The notes below the pieces were generated by a model, which searched no databases, was not told the DNA's origin, and saw only the letters and a list, made by a program, of their open reading frames with translations. The position numbers were made by a program, and so were the translations under genes. Below, piece after piece: positions 9,498 through 19,941 of a stretch of DNA of 40,028 nucleotides. The stretch comes from a virus (lineage: Duplodnaviria > Caudoviricetes): IMG/VR virus record IMGVR_UViG_3300011435_000026, positions 1 through 40,028 of that record, one strand, 5' to 3'. Position 1 is the stretch's first letter. Each line of letters begins with the position of its first letter.

Positions 9498-9880
9498 CAC
9501 GCCACTCCCATGGGTAGGCGATAGGACGTGAACGGCACGACCGTGCCCCCGAGCCGGGTAATCAACCCCTCCACCATCGCATCCCCCTCCGCCGCCCCGG
9601 TCCACACGACACCGACGCCCCACCGGGCCGCGGCCGCTCGCATCCCGGACAACAGCCGCCGCACGACCCCGACCGATCCCCGATGCGCCGGCGCGATCCA
9701 GACGCCCTCGGCATGCACCAGCCGCACGGCCAGCCATACGCCGATAATCGCGCCGGCCTGTTCCACCACGAGCACTTGCGTATCCTCCGGCTTCAACAGC
9801 GCCCACACCGACGCGAGCGGTGTCTGGGCCAGCCGCGGCCATTCCTCCACCGGCAACACGCGCGAGGTATACGCACTCAC
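9497..9880 (-). CDS. GNAT-fold acetyltransferase-like protein (P22 gp14-like position)
   Basis: VLVVEQAGAIIG...EGVWIAPAHRG motif A-like sequence; located between tail and ejection genes. Confidence 0.65.
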   Translation of the reverse strand: MSAYTSRVLPVEEWPRLAQTPLASVWALLKPEDTQVLVVEQAGAIIGVWLAVRLVHAEGVWIAPAHRGSVGVVRRLLSGMRAAAARWGVGVVWTGAAEGDAMVEGLITRLGGTVVPFTSYRLPMGVA

Positions 9881-10344
9881 GAGGCCGCCGTATACGCGAT
9901 CGTGCCGCGGAGATCGTTCCCACTCATGGTCGCATTCGTCACCGCCGCGCCCGCCGTCGTGTAGATCCCGAACGTGGTCGCATCCGTCGTCACCAGGAGA
10001 CGGGCGGCCGTCGCTTCATCCGACAGCGTAATCGTGCCGCCCTGCACCGAGACCGTGGTCGCCTGTGACGCATACGGCAAGCCGCCAATGAGGGCCGCGG
10101 CGCCGTTCGCCGTCGCGGGATACGTCACGCGAAACGCCACCGAGACCACCGTGCCCACCTTCAGGTAGACACAGTTCCCGGTGAGGTTCGTGAACGTCAA
10201 CGCCGCGCCGCTCGCATCACTGGGCGTCCACGTCCCCGAGACGCCATTGACCGCTACCAGCAGCGATCGCAACCATTCGCCCCACGGGCGGCTGACACGG
10301 GCCGCCTCCACGAGCAGGTCACGTTCCGGAAAGGGGGCCAGCAT
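9877..10344 (-). CDS. Tail needle/small tail structural protein
   Basis: Follows the gp10-like gene; VSRPWGEWLRSL N-terminus and beta-rich SGTWTP...YLKVGTVVSV...IGGLPY C-terminus. Confidence 0.55.
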   Translation of the reverse strand: MLAPFPERDLLVEAARVSRPWGEWLRSLLVAVNGVSGTWTPSDASGAALTFTNLTGNCVYLKVGTVVSVAFRVTYPATANGAAALIGGLPYASQATTVSVQGGTITLSDEATAARLLVTTDATTFGIYTTAGAAVTNATMSGNDLRGTIAYTAAS

Positions 10345-11814
10345 CTAATTCCCCGTCGAGGGCCGGATCTGTAACACCGCCCCCTGAATGCGCCACGGCA
10401 CCGAGTCCGACATCGACACCTCAAACACACGCCGGCGCGCGGCACCCAGCCGCCCGACTTCCACGCGCGTGTTATAGGTGCCCAACTGCCCCGGCCCGAG
10501 CGCGTAGCCAGCCGACACCGTGTACTCGGTGCCCCAGGTGTAGCCCCCGTCATCACTCATCCGGAGCATGACCTGCGGATCGACACTGGGCGGCACCACA
10601 TTGCCGATCCCCACATCCATCAGGATCTGGATCCGGCTGTAGTAGATCATTTTGTCTTCTTGAATCAGACCCGGCGCCCGCCGCAACCGCCGCAACGGCT
10701 CCCCATCCACGTCGGTATAGACCGTCGGGGAGAGCGCCCACAGATCCCCGGTCTCCAGATCGCCCAACAAGTGCGTCCCGAAATTAAACGTGTGAAACAC
10801 CGGCCGCCACGCCTCATACGCGGCTTGCGCCACGATCCAGGTGCCGAGCTGCACCCAGTAATCGGTCGTCAAGTCGTAGCACCAGGTAATCGCTTGTGTC
10901 GGAAACGTCAGCACGTAGAAGGTGTGCCCCTGAAACGCCATCGTCTGCCCGATCGCGTCATCGATCGTCACGTAGGTGTCAAACGCCTGCTCGAGCGCCG
11001 TCGTCGAGACGATCCGCGGCTGCGATCCCACCGCCCGCACCACTTGCGCGCGGCCCAGCTCCGTCTGCGTCAACCACAGCACCGATCCGGCCGCCGAGGC
11101 CGCCGAGGCCGGCGCCGCGATCCCGAAGGGCAACAAGGCATTCGGTTGCGGCGCAAACGGGAAGGGCGCGGTCCCCGCGTTGTACCAGATTTCACTGGTG
11201 CGCGTGCCGAAGAGCCAGATTTCCCGCCCCACACTCGGCGTCAGCACCGACACCCACGGATCCCCCGCGATCGATCGCTGCGCAAACTGCGTCGGATCCC
11301 ACGTCGTACCATCGAAGAGATCCGAGATGGAAAATGTCGAGGTCGCCGTGTCGAGCGAGATGAAAAAGCCGTCCAGCATCGCGGCGAAATCAGAGGCCGA
11401 CGTCACTTCCGTCGTGAGCACGTTCGTCGCCAGCGTCAGCACATAGCCGACATCACTCGCGGAGACCATCACTTCGCCGCCACCGTCGCCGTTGTAGCCC
11501 CAGGACACCGGCGTGTTATCGAGCCACGCGACTGTGCCGCGCGCGGTACTGGTGCCATTGCTGTTGATCTCGACCAGGCTCGCCCCATAGACCGCGAAGG
11601 TCCGGCCGGCCGCCGTGAACGTCCCCCGACACGGCGCCGCCGCCACCGCCGTCTCCAGAAACGCCGTCACGCCCGGCCAGCCATACAGGGCCTTACGAGT
11701 CGTCGCATTCGCGACTTTGGGAAACACTTGCACGTAGAAATTTATAGTTTGTTCCTGATCCGCCAGGCGACTCGCCTCGGTGAACGATCCCCCGACGAAG
11801 CCGGGAAATTCCAT
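10345..11814 (-). CDS. Tail hub / packaged-DNA stabilization protein, P22 gp10-like
   Basis: 489 aa; EIWLFGTRTSEIWYNAG...GHTFYVLTFP...TWCYDLTT...PQVMLRMSDDGGYTWG...RLGAARRRVFEVSMSDSV. Confidence 0.9.
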   Translation of the reverse strand: MEFPGFVGGSFTEASRLADQEQTINFYVQVFPKVANATTRKALYGWPGVTAFLETAVAAAPCRGTFTAAGRTFAVYGASLVEINSNGTSTARGTVAWLDNTPVSWGYNGDGGGEVMVSASDVGYVLTLATNVLTTEVTSASDFAAMLDGFFISLDTATSTFSISDLFDGTTWDPTQFAQRSIAGDPWVSVLTPSVGREIWLFGTRTSEIWYNAGTAPFPFAPQPNALLPFGIAAPASAASAAGSVLWLTQTELGRAQVVRAVGSQPRIVSTTALEQAFDTYVTIDDAIGQTMAFQGHTFYVLTFPTQAITWCYDLTTDYWVQLGTWIVAQAAYEAWRPVFHTFNFGTHLLGDLETGDLWALSPTVYTDVDGEPLRRLRRAPGLIQEDKMIYYSRIQILMDVGIGNVVPPSVDPQVMLRMSDDGGYTWGTEYTVSAGYALGPGQLGTYNTRVEVGRLGAARRRVFEVSMSDSVPWRIQGAVLQIRPSTGN

Positions 11815-12536
11815 TACGCCTGCCCCGTGTAGATGTTCGACGGCCTCGATCGCGGCGTGAGGGCCGTATCAACCGCCAGATCCGCGAGTCGGATATTGCT
11901 GCGCTTCACATCCGCCGCCGCCAGCGCGGCACCGCGCACCAACTCCGAGGACGGCACCGCATCGAAGTCGGCGGCGATCTCCAACGCGAGGGTGTCGCGC
12001 AGATACCGCAGATAGCCCGGCGGCAGGAAGATCGTTGCGCTCGTACTGCTGGGTTCCGTCACGGCCGTCGGCGCGTAGAGACACCCCTGGAGCGTCGTGC
12101 CCGTCGGCACCGGCCAGAGCGTGATCGTCGCCAACCCCGTCGATCCGTAGGTCGGGTTGTAGTACGCGTACCGCGGATAGGTGGCCGTCAACGCCTTCTG
12201 CGGAATGGCCTCGTAGGCGTCATCCGTCAGCGGACCCATCCCAATTTCGAGATCCGGATCCTGCGACGTGTCGATAAAGTTGATCCCTTGCACGACCATC
12301 GGCCGCACGATGTTGACATCCCCCGACGGCCCCACCGTGTAGACGCCATCATTGGCCGCGATCGCCCACGTCGTGCGCACGACTTCATGGATGGTCAGTC
12401 GCTCGGTCGCCATCCCGTTGATCAGGAGCTGGAGCGTCTGATAGACGTGCGCCGCGTCGGCGGACGCCGGCGTTTCAGCGGCCGCGAGGTAGCCGAGCCG
12501 CCGAAGCGCGAGCGTGCCCAGATCCGCCCACGTCAT
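11814..12536 (-). CDS. Head-to-tail adaptor (P22 gp4-like)
   Basis: ALRRLGYLAAAETPASAD...LWPVP...LPPGYLRYLRDTLALEIA; immediately upstream of the gp10-like gene. Confidence 0.75.
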   Translation of the reverse strand: MTWADLGTLALRRLGYLAAAETPASADAAHVYQTLQLLINGMATERLTIHEVVRTTWAIAANDGVYTVGPSGDVNIVRPMVVQGINFIDTSQDPDLEIGMGPLTDDAYEAIPQKALTATYPRYAYYNPTYGSTGLATITLWPVPTGTTLQGCLYAPTAVTEPSSTSATIFLPPGYLRYLRDTLALEIAADFDAVPSSELVRGAALAAADVKRSNIRLADLAVDTALTPRSRPSNIYTGQA

Positions 12537-12539
12537 GGC

Positions 12540-13169
12540 TCACAACTGACAGAACCCGAAGACGGCTTCACACGTCGGCCCGGCGGACTGCGAGGCCGCC
12601 CATTGGACAATCGTCAGCGAGTCGCCCGGCGCCACACACACGGGCGGGAGCACGCGCGAGGCTTCGGCGACCGTCGCCACGCGGGACGTGGAGCCGCTCA
12701 TCGCATTCGGTGCGCCCCAGACCATCAGATAATCGTCTTCGATGATGTCGATCGTCCCGCGATACACCACGTTCCCGACAATGCGCCGCGCGGCCGTGGC
12801 CGTCGTGCCCACCACCGCGCCGATATGGACGATCGCGCCGGAGATCGCGTTAGACCCTGAGTTCGTATTCACGACCGTCATCTCGGTCCCCGCGCTCGAC
12901 CGCCGATTGCCACGATCCAGCGTGTGCGTAAACTGCACCCGCGCGCCGCCGGTACTCGCCACCGTCACATGCAGATGGAGAAACTGCGGGTAGATCGGCG
13001 TCTTGCTGTCGTTGAACAAGACGAGATACGGCTTCGCCTCGTCAAACGTCGTCGGCGCCGCATGGCCGATGATGCCCGTGCCCGGCGTCGGCGTCATCGC
13101 GACAAAGTAGCGCCCCTGCTGCGCCGTCCACCACTCTTTGCTCGTGACCGGCGAGACCTCAGCCCCCAT
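12540..13169 (-). CDS. Putative virion structural protein
   Basis: 209 aa, beta-rich, within the structural operon. Confidence 0.55.
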   Translation of the reverse strand: MGAEVSPVTSKEWWTAQQGRYFVAMTPTPGTGIIGHAAPTTFDEAKPYLVLFNDSKTPIYPQFLHLHVTVASTGGARVQFTHTLDRGNRRSSAGTEMTVVNTNSGSNAISGAIVHIGAVVGTTATAARRIVGNVVYRGTIDIIEDDYLMVWGAPNAMSGSTSRVATVAEASRVLPPVCVAPGDSLTIVQWAASQSAGPTCEAVFGFCQL

Positions 13170-14207
13170 TTACGTCGGCGCCAGCATCAGCCCCCCGGCC
13201 GACGCGGAAATCACCGGCATGTTGAGATACGAATTGGCCAGCGCGTTGGTGTCGCCAAACTTGGTGACGCCCACCATCGCACAGTCCTTGAAAATCACCA
13301 TGCCGCCCGGAGTGGTGGTGGTGAAACTCGCCAACACGGTCATCCCGGTGGACGTGCTCTTGATCGCGTTGATGAACGCACAGTTATCGAAGAGGTTGAA
13401 GCGGTCGACGCAGCCGTTCCCGGTCCCGAGGATCCCCAGGGCGCCCGCATCATCGGTCATGAACGGGAACAGACACCCGCGGAACACGTTGCGCGCCGTC
13501 GCGCCGGCGAACTCGACCGAGGCATTCGCCGCCGATCGGGTCACCGTGTCCACCCCAATCGTGCAGTCCGCGAACACGTTTTCCCCGGAGCCGCTGGCCC
13601 CGATCTTCAGCGACCGCGAGCCGGCATGTTCCGCCGACGCCGCATCGCCCATGCCCGCGATATGGCAATTCCCGAAGTAGTTACGCGACCCGGTCACCGT
13701 CACCGCAATCTGGGACGTCGTGCCCGTCGTGAACCCCTGAAACCATTGCAGGTTCTGGAACACGCACCCGCTGGCCGAAATCGTGAAGAAATTCGCAAAC
13801 GCCGTGGTGGTCGAACTGGGCGCCAGCCGGGCGCGCTGCGACATCAGCACCGGCGAGCAGATCCCCACCAGATGCGTTTCGCCCTTTGCCCACGTAAACG
13901 CCGAATCCACCCGCAGCGTGCCCGTCGTCCCGCCATCCGCGAGCACCACGACCGTGTCGTTCTTCCCCCGCGTGGTCGAGAGACTCGAACAGGCGTTGTA
14001 GGCGCCCGCCAGCGTGGCCTTCGGACCGTCGGCGCCGTTGGCCTGCACGCTCGGAAACGTCCCGCTGTACGAGTCCTTGCCGTTGACCGCGTCCACGAAG
14101 TACGCGGTCCCCTGCCCTTGCGTGAGCCCGCTTAAGAGCGCGAAATTCTGGTTCACGAGCGCTTGATCTGCGGTCGTGAACGCCCCGGTCTGCTGAATGA
14201 AATTCAT
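13170..14207 (-). CDS. Putative virion structural protein, beta-helix-like
   Basis: YFVDAVNGKD...GPKATLAGAY N-terminus followed by repeated FxNCxI/FxGCxF strands. Confidence 0.6.
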   Translation of the reverse strand: MNFIQQTGAFTTADQALVNQNFALLSGLTQGQGTAYFVDAVNGKDSYSGTFPSVQANGADGPKATLAGAYNACSSLSTTRGKNDTVVVLADGGTTGTLRVDSAFTWAKGETHLVGICSPVLMSQRARLAPSSTTTAFANFFTISASGCVFQNLQWFQGFTTGTTSQIAVTVTGSRNYFGNCHIAGMGDAASAEHAGSRSLKIGASGSGENVFADCTIGVDTVTRSAANASVEFAGATARNVFRGCLFPFMTDDAGALGILGTGNGCVDRFNLFDNCAFINAIKSTSTGMTVLASFTTTTPGGMVIFKDCAMVGVTKFGDTNALANSYLNMPVISASAGGLMLAPT

Positions 14208-14249
14208 CGTCGATCCTTTCGCACCTTCAGGGCGCTACTCCCCGACGCG

Positions 14250-14708
14250 TTAGGCGTCGGTGGCTACGTCTTTACGCGGACGGCCGGGGCGTTTCGGCGC
14301 CGGCACGTCCACGACATGCGCGTCGGTCTCCGCCTCGAGCGCCGCGACTTCGGCCAGCGCCGCCGCACTCATGCGCCGATCGACCCACGCCCGCTCCGCC
14401 GCGGGAATCGCCACCGTGCGATCCTCGTGCGCCGCGGCCGCCGTCGCCGCCGTGGCCGGCGAGTCGGCCCAGCCCCGCGAGAGCAGATTCCGCTCCTCGT
14501 CCGCATCCCGCACCAGCCGCGGCGACGTCGGATCGCTGGCGTGATACAGCGCCCGCGGATACGGCTCGTAACGATACGGCGGGAACGACAGCGGAATCCC
14601 GTTGATGGTCGGCACATCCGGGCGATTCTTGAGCCGGTGTAACCGATCGCAATCCGCCTGGCTCAACCGTCCGTCAATGCCCTCAGCCTGAAACCCAACT
14701 GAACTCAT
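14250..14708 (-). CDS. Hypothetical head-associated protein
   Basis: YEPYPRALY...EERNLLSRGWADSP...KRPGRPRK; this type of gene commonly follows the capsid genes. Start taken at ATG 14708. Confidence 0.6.
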   Translation of the reverse strand: MSSVGFQAEGIDGRLSQADCDRLHRLKNRPDVPTINGIPLSFPPYRYEPYPRALYHASDPTSPRLVRDADEERNLLSRGWADSPATAATAAAAHEDRTVAIPAAERAWVDRRMSAAALAEVAALEAETDAHVVDVPAPKRPGRPRKDVATDA

Positions 14709-14767
14709 GGCCCTGACCCTTTCGAGAACGGGGAGCGGACCCAGGTGTCCCCTCCCCCCGACTGTGT

Positions 14768-15397
14768 TTACGCGACCGACAGATCGATCGCCGTCACGGT
14801 GCCCGCGAAGGGCGAATTGAGCGCGACCCAGATCGCATTCGCCGCAATCAGTTGGAGACACGCTTGACCGCCCGTCGGATACGTGATCACGGTGTAGCCG
14901 CTGCCGGCGTTGCCCACGCCCGCGGTATAGGTCAGCGTGTGCGCCGCCTTGCCGTTCCCCAGCAGGGTCAAGACCTGCCCATCCTGCAACGTGGTCGGAT
15001 CCGCCAGCGTCATCGCTAGCGCACTGGTCCCGTTCAGGATATGCAGCCCTTCGGACGGGGTCACGGCCCCGGCCGCCGAGTAGCTGTAGACCGGCCGGTT
15101 CGGCTGGGCCGGGAAGGGAGACGACGACGCCGAGGCATCACCCGCATTCGGGAAGTCGTCGAACCCGGACCCCATGATCACCTTGGCCGCGGTCGGATGC
15201 GCCGCCGCCACCGTGCCCTGCACGCCACGAATCACGGGAATGATCGTCGAGCCGGACGCTTGGTCGGCGGATTGCTGGAGTACTTCCCCATCGATGTAGA
15301 TGAATTTGCCTTTGGCAAAAGACGTCGCCGAGGCGACTTTGATGCTCGTCGCCTCAAGCGCGACCGCGGACGAGAGCGTCGTTGCTGTTACCGCCAT
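14768..15397 (-). CDS. Capsid decoration/auxiliary protein
   Basis: Directly after the coat gene; TTLSSAV...IKVASATSF...IYIDGE...RGVQGTVAAAH motif. Confidence 0.65.
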   Translation of the reverse strand: MAVTATTLSSAVALEATSIKVASATSFAKGKFIYIDGEVLQQSADQASGSTIIPVIRGVQGTVAAAHPTAAKVIMGSGFDDFPNAGDASASSSPFPAQPNRPVYSYSAAGAVTPSEGLHILNGTSALAMTLADPTTLQDGQVLTLLGNGKAAHTLTYTAGVGNAGSGYTVITYPTGGQACLQLIAANAIWVALNSPFAGTVTAIDLSVA

Positions 15398-15409
15398 GAT
15401 GTGTCTCCC

Positions 15410-16627
15410 TCAGCTCTGAATCCGCACGGCCCAATCGCTTCTCAGCGTTTTGAAACCGTATATCACGTCAAGTCTCGACGGGTGCTGGTCGGTCATGATG
15501 TCCGACGCCTCCCAATACCGCAGCGACAGACCCGTCTCGGGCGCCCGCACGCGGGACGCTTCGCCCTGCTTGGGCATCACCAGATCCGCGCTCGCCATGC
15601 AGAACGCCTGCTTGTGGAAGCCCAGGCCCTGCGGCGACACCGCCGCCGATGTCCCCAGGACGTTGATCGTGGCATTGTCCGCCGGCGCGGCGACGACGGT
15701 CTGATACGCGCCACTGGTGATGATCGACGGCGAAATCGTGGGCGTCATCGCGCCGGTGGTGTCGCTGATCGTGGCCGTCACGACGAACCGCTGGAGCGTG
15801 GTCGTGCTCTGGTAGCTCTGTGGATTCACGCCATAGACCCCGGTCGAGCCCGATCCGATGGTAAACACGTCACCCACGTTGAGCGTCGACGCGCCGGAGG
15901 TCCAGCCATCCGTGATCAGGGACGCGCCGGTCTGGTTCGCGCCATTCACCAGTGGCGTGCCGCCGTAGGTGCCGTAGGTGTGGGGGTAGAGGTTGACGTC
16001 CTCCCACCACTCCTTCCACTTCAGGGAGTTGGACGCGAGCTGCCCTTCCTTGAACGCCCCGTCAATCGTCGACCGCGGCCCGAAGAGCGCGAGATTCGCG
16101 TTCGCGATCGCCGTGCCCATCAGCGCATTCACCACGACCGTGCGGCTGTCCATCGGCACGGCCGAATTGGTCAGATCATCGGCGGCCGCGAAGTACACGG
16201 TATTCGCCGTCGGCACCAGACCGGGCGTGCCTTGCGCCTGGTAGACATCGCTGTACAGCCGGCTCAGGCCGTCCTTGTCCATCGTGTTGGCAATTTGGAC
16301 GCCGGCCGGCGTCACGTACCGTTCGCGCGACTCTTCGATCTCCAACGTCGCCTGTCGCGAGGACCACGACCACGCGACGTTCGCCTGGTCCGTGATCGTC
16401 ACGTAGACGATGGAATCGGTCAGGCCCTGGATCTGGATGCCTTCGCCCTTGCTCGTCACGAACCGCTGGGGGAGACGCACGCCGACGGTCCCGCCGACCT
16501 TCGTCCCCGACACCGAGAAGTCGTCACTCAGCTTCTTGGTAATGCTGCGCACGAACCGTGTGCTGTTTTTCGCGACCCTGAGCACGTCGCGCCCGATCCA
16601 CGTCGGGGTAATCAACGTATTGGCCAT
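15410..16627 (-). CDS. Major capsid protein, P22 coat family
   Basis: MANTLITPTWI...KVGGTVGVRLPQRF...GFHKQAF...RLDVIYGFKTLRSDWAVRI. Confidence 0.92.
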   Translation of the reverse strand: MANTLITPTWIGRDVLRVAKNSTRFVRSITKKLSDDFSVSGTKVGGTVGVRLPQRFVTSKGEGIQIQGLTDSIVYVTITDQANVAWSWSSRQATLEIEESRERYVTPAGVQIANTMDKDGLSRLYSDVYQAQGTPGLVPTANTVYFAAADDLTNSAVPMDSRTVVVNALMGTAIANANLALFGPRSTIDGAFKEGQLASNSLKWKEWWEDVNLYPHTYGTYGGTPLVNGANQTGASLITDGWTSGASTLNVGDVFTIGSGSTGVYGVNPQSYQSTTTLQRFVVTATISDTTGAMTPTISPSIITSGAYQTVVAAPADNATINVLGTSAAVSPQGLGFHKQAFCMASADLVMPKQGEASRVRAPETGLSLRYWEASDIMTDQHPSRLDVIYGFKTLRSDWAVRIQS

Positions 16628-17518
16628 TTAGCGTCCTTGCCGCGCGCGCTCCGCCTCGACGCGATCCCAGTACCGAAAATGCTCCTCGGTACTGGCGTCG
16701 TCGCCCGGCGGACCCTCGCGCGCCACACTGGCAGCCGCGCCCAGTGGCTTAATGGGCGGCTTGGCTTGACTCACGGGTTTGGCGACCGGAGCCGGGCCAC
16801 GATCCACGGCGGCTTCCAGTCGCGCTTCGAGCTTGTTCATCTCTTTGAAACTGCGCAGCGGCGAGCCCGCGCGATAGATCCGCTCGGCTTCGTCGGGATG
16901 GTCGTGCAGATAGGTCATGAGCGCCGGGCCGATCTCGGAGTCCTTAATCACGTCCTGCATGGGCAAGGACAACCGGACATCACTGGCCAACACCTCGGCA
17001 AACCGGGGATCGGCGGCTTTGGCCGTCTCGAGCCGGGCCGCGAACACCTGCTGGCGCTCCGCTTCACTCGCCTCCCGCGCCGACGCGTGTGCGCGCTGGG
17101 CCTGCACACGATCCCGCTGGGCCAACTCCTGCCGGATCTCCCATTGTGCTTGCGCCTTCACGAACGCTTTGTAGGTGTCGAACTGGTCTTCGCTGGGCTC
17201 AACATCCTGGCGCTCGGGCGCGCGTTCCACTGGACGCTCAGCTGGCCGGGCTTTCAGGGTTTGGAGATCGCGCTTGAGATCGTCGATCTCCCGCAACCGC
17301 TCATTGAGCGCACTGAGCGCCTGATCCTTGTTGGCGTTGGCCGCGGTCAGTTCATCGATGCGCGCTTGGATGGAGGATTTCTTGGCCGGCTTGGCGGGTT
17401 CGCTTGGCGTCTCAACCGGGGCCGGTGGGGCCTCCTCGGTCGTGAGGGATGCGACGATCGACTCGGCCGATTCACTTGCGGAGGTGGCCGTAATCCCGTC
17501 AACCGTCGCGGTTTCCAC
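16628..17518 (-). CDS. Scaffolding protein
   Basis: Coiled coil, IQARIDELT, GPALMTYLHDHPDEAERI, SQAKPPIKPL; lies between portal and coat. Confidence 0.85.
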   Translation of the reverse strand: METATVDGITATSASESAESIVASLTTEEAPPAPVETPSEPAKPAKKSSIQARIDELTAANANKDQALSALNERLREIDDLKRDLQTLKARPAERPVERAPERQDVEPSEDQFDTYKAFVKAQAQWEIRQELAQRDRVQAQRAHASAREASEAERQQVFAARLETAKAADPRFAEVLASDVRLSLPMQDVIKDSEIGPALMTYLHDHPDEAERIYRAGSPLRSFKEMNKLEARLEAAVDRGPAPVAKPVSQAKPPIKPLGAAASVAREGPPGDDASTEEHFRYWDRVEAERARQGR

Positions 17519-17554
17519 GTCACATCGTGGCCCCCGCGGCGCGGATCTCGGTAT

Positions 17555-17743
17555 TTAGTGCGACAATAATTCGCGTTCGCGCTCCAAAAGCCGCTCGAAG
17601 TAGCGCCGGGTCAGGGCGCTGAGACTGGTCCGGCGCCGGCCGGCAAAGGCGTAGAGATCCTCGGCCAGACGGACGGTCACGCGCACATGGATCGCCGTCG
17701 CGCGCTTCTGTCCCGGCGGCAACGGCCGGCGCCCGCGCTTCAC
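17555..17743 (-). CDS. Ribbon-helix-helix (Arc/CopG-like) DNA-binding protein
   Basis: GRRPLP...AIHVRVT (strand), LAEDLYAFAGRRR (helix), SLSALTRRYFE (helix); GTGA overlap with the portal stop. Confidence 0.65.
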   Translation of the reverse strand: MKRGRRPLPPGQKRATAIHVRVTVRLAEDLYAFAGRRRTSLSALTRRYFERLLERERELLSH

Positions 17744-19941
17744 ATCCCCCCCGGTTCCCGATCCCGCATCTCCATCATGCGCGCATGGCCCATTTCCGCG
17801 CCCTCTTCCGACTGCTCGTGCTGGCGCTCGGTCTGCCGCACCTGATGCTGCGCCTTCGCGGCTTCCAGCGCGAGTTCGTGCCGCTGCTCATCCTCACGGT
17901 TCCGATCCCCAATCAGCGCTTCCATCTGGAGGATCTTGGCCTCCATGTCGGCCTTCAGCTGCTCAACCGCCAGCTTCGCCTCGGCGTTGATCCGCGCCGT
18001 CTCCACCTTGGCCGCGTTCGCCAGCTCGGCGCGCTGCGTTTCGGCTTGCTCCCGTGCTTGCTCGGTCTGCAACGCTTGCGCCATCTGCTGCATCTGCTGT
18101 TGCATTTGCTGCATCTGCTGGCCCTGTTGCTGGAGCTGCGCTTGCAACTGCGCCGGATCCGGCTGATCGCCCTTCAGCAGTTCCTGCACCGGCGGCGGCG
18201 CCATCTTCTTCAGCCGCTCGGCGATCTCGGTATGGCCCGGGAAATCGCGATACTTGAAGTAGATGTCCCCGATCAGGGGTAAGAGATTCGGCGCCGCCTG
18301 TAGCACTTGGCCGATCTCATCCGCGCCCTGCTGCACGCGGGTCTGCCACGCCTTGCCCACCGTCACCGTGACGCTATAGGCGCCCTTCGTCAGATCGTAG
18401 TGTTTGACATTGGGCGGCAACGGCGCCGGCGGCTGGCCGGGCATCGCCGGCGGCACCTGCACGACCTGTGGGCGCTGGGTCTGCGGGTCCATCTGAAACG
18501 GCGCATTGAGCACCACGCGCGATTCCTCGTCATCGATCCCCAGGATCCGCGCCACACGCCCCGGCCGATCGTAAATCCGCGGGATGAGGTCGAGGATCAC
18601 CTTGGCCTCATACGGCATCGTGATCGTGACTTTGTTGTCGAGATAGTTGCTGTTCCCCTGGTCGGACTGCTGCTGGAGCGCCAAGACGGCCTTCCCGCTT
18701 CGATTCGCGTTCGTCTGTCCCTTGCTCGGCTCATGCACGAAGGTCGTGCTGTTGATGAAGTCGTCCGCCTGTTGCAGCATCGCTAACTGCGGCATCAGAT
18801 CCACGCTGCCCAGGTTGCGCACCGGCGCCGGCGCCAGTTCCCCCATCAGCCCGATCGGCTTGTACTCCAGATAGGGAAAGTTGCGGACGTTGGCCTGGTT
18901 CCATTTGGCTTCGTGGCCTTCGAATTGCCCCTCGGCCCCAATCCAGGGCGCCTTCGTGGCCACGGCCGTCTTCTCGACCATGTCCGAGGCCGCATAGTTG
19001 TAGAGCCGCGCCGCATCCATCGCCGGCCCGACCACGCCTTCCCAGCGCCGCTCGCCGTCCACATTGCGCTCAATCCCGACGGCCGGAATGATCGGGATGT
19101 AGCGCCCGTTCCACTCCTGCTCCTCCAGAATCTCCACGCCGGTCATCTTGACCCACATGACCCGGCGATCGGGCCGCGGCGCCATCGTGGGATCGCCGTC
19201 CTCCGCGCGCGGCGTCTCCACCACATGGAAATATTCCATCACGCGAATGGCATCGCCTTGGGCGCTGGAGGTAAACCACGCCGGCATCTGATCGCCCAGC
19301 CCGCTGAAGTCCTCGCTGTCGGTCCATTGCGCCTGGGGATACTCCCGGGTAAAGCGCTCCCGTGGCAGGAATCCGCCAATGAAGCCCCATCGCATGTCGG
19401 AAAAGTCCGGCTCTTCCGCCGCCGGATCGACATAGACCGAGGCTTGATTGACGATCCGCTTGATGACGATGTCCTGATCGGAGGGATCCCCGCCATGCGG
19501 CGCCAGCTCAGTCAGCACCCGATAGAACCCCAGCCCGCACACCACGGCGCGCTCGTCCGCCCAGTTCCGGGCCAGCGCCGCCCGAGAACTCACCTCGATG
19601 TGCCGATACAGCCCTTGGAGGATCTCCGCCGTGTCGTCGTCCGCGTCATCCGTCTCGGGATGGATCAACACACCCAAATGGGCGTTCCGCATCTGATTGA
19701 TGACGAGCTGTGTCGGCTGATTCAGCTTCGGAATCGTGAGCATCGGCCGCGCCGGTAGCGGCACCCCGAACACCACTTGCCCGCCGCGTTGCTGCTTCGC
19801 GTCCGCGGTCCACTGATCGCCGGCCATGAACCGCTGCACGTCCAGATCGCGCTGGCGCTGCCCAGCAAACGCCTCGACCGAGAGCGCGAACCGCTCCAGT
19901 GCCGTGGCCAACGTCGTGGCCTGCTCCGCTGGGTTAGCCAC
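17740..19941 (-). CDS. Portal protein, P22-like
   Basis: RFMAGDQW...RPMLTIPKL...GLGFYRV...GRYIPIIP...SGKAVLALQQ; long Gln-rich C-terminal barrel. Confidence 0.92.
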   Translation of the reverse strand: MANPAEQATTLATALERFALSVEAFAGQRQRDLDVQRFMAGDQWTADAKQQRGGQVVFGVPLPARPMLTIPKLNQPTQLVINQMRNAHLGVLIHPETDDADDDTAEILQGLYRHIEVSSRAALARNWADERAVVCGLGFYRVLTELAPHGGDPSDQDIVIKRIVNQASVYVDPAAEEPDFSDMRWGFIGGFLPRERFTREYPQAQWTDSEDFSGLGDQMPAWFTSSAQGDAIRVMEYFHVVETPRAEDGDPTMAPRPDRRVMWVKMTGVEILEEQEWNGRYIPIIPAVGIERNVDGERRWEGVVGPAMDAARLYNYAASDMVEKTAVATKAPWIGAEGQFEGHEAKWNQANVRNFPYLEYKPIGLMGELAPAPVRNLGSVDLMPQLAMLQQADDFINSTTFVHEPSKGQTNANRSGKAVLALQQQSDQGNSNYLDNKVTITMPYEAKVILDLIPRIYDRPGRVARILGIDDEESRVVLNAPFQMDPQTQRPQVVQVPPAMPGQPPAPLPPNVKHYDLTKGAYSVTVTVGKAWQTRVQQGADEIGQVLQAAPNLLPLIGDIYFKYRDFPGHTEIAERLKKMAPPPVQELLKGDQPDPAQLQAQLQQQGQQMQQMQQQMQQMAQALQTEQAREQAETQRAELANAAKVETARINAEAKLAVEQLKADMEAKILQMEALIGDRNREDEQRHELALEAAKAQHQVRQTERQHEQSEEGAEMGHARMMEMRDREPGGM

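Noticed and set aside
15041-17569. Long plus-strand ORFs such as the 842, 632 and 500 aa entries in the track
   Set aside because: Arg/Pro/Gly-rich shadow frames antisense to clear structural genes in a high-GC genome.
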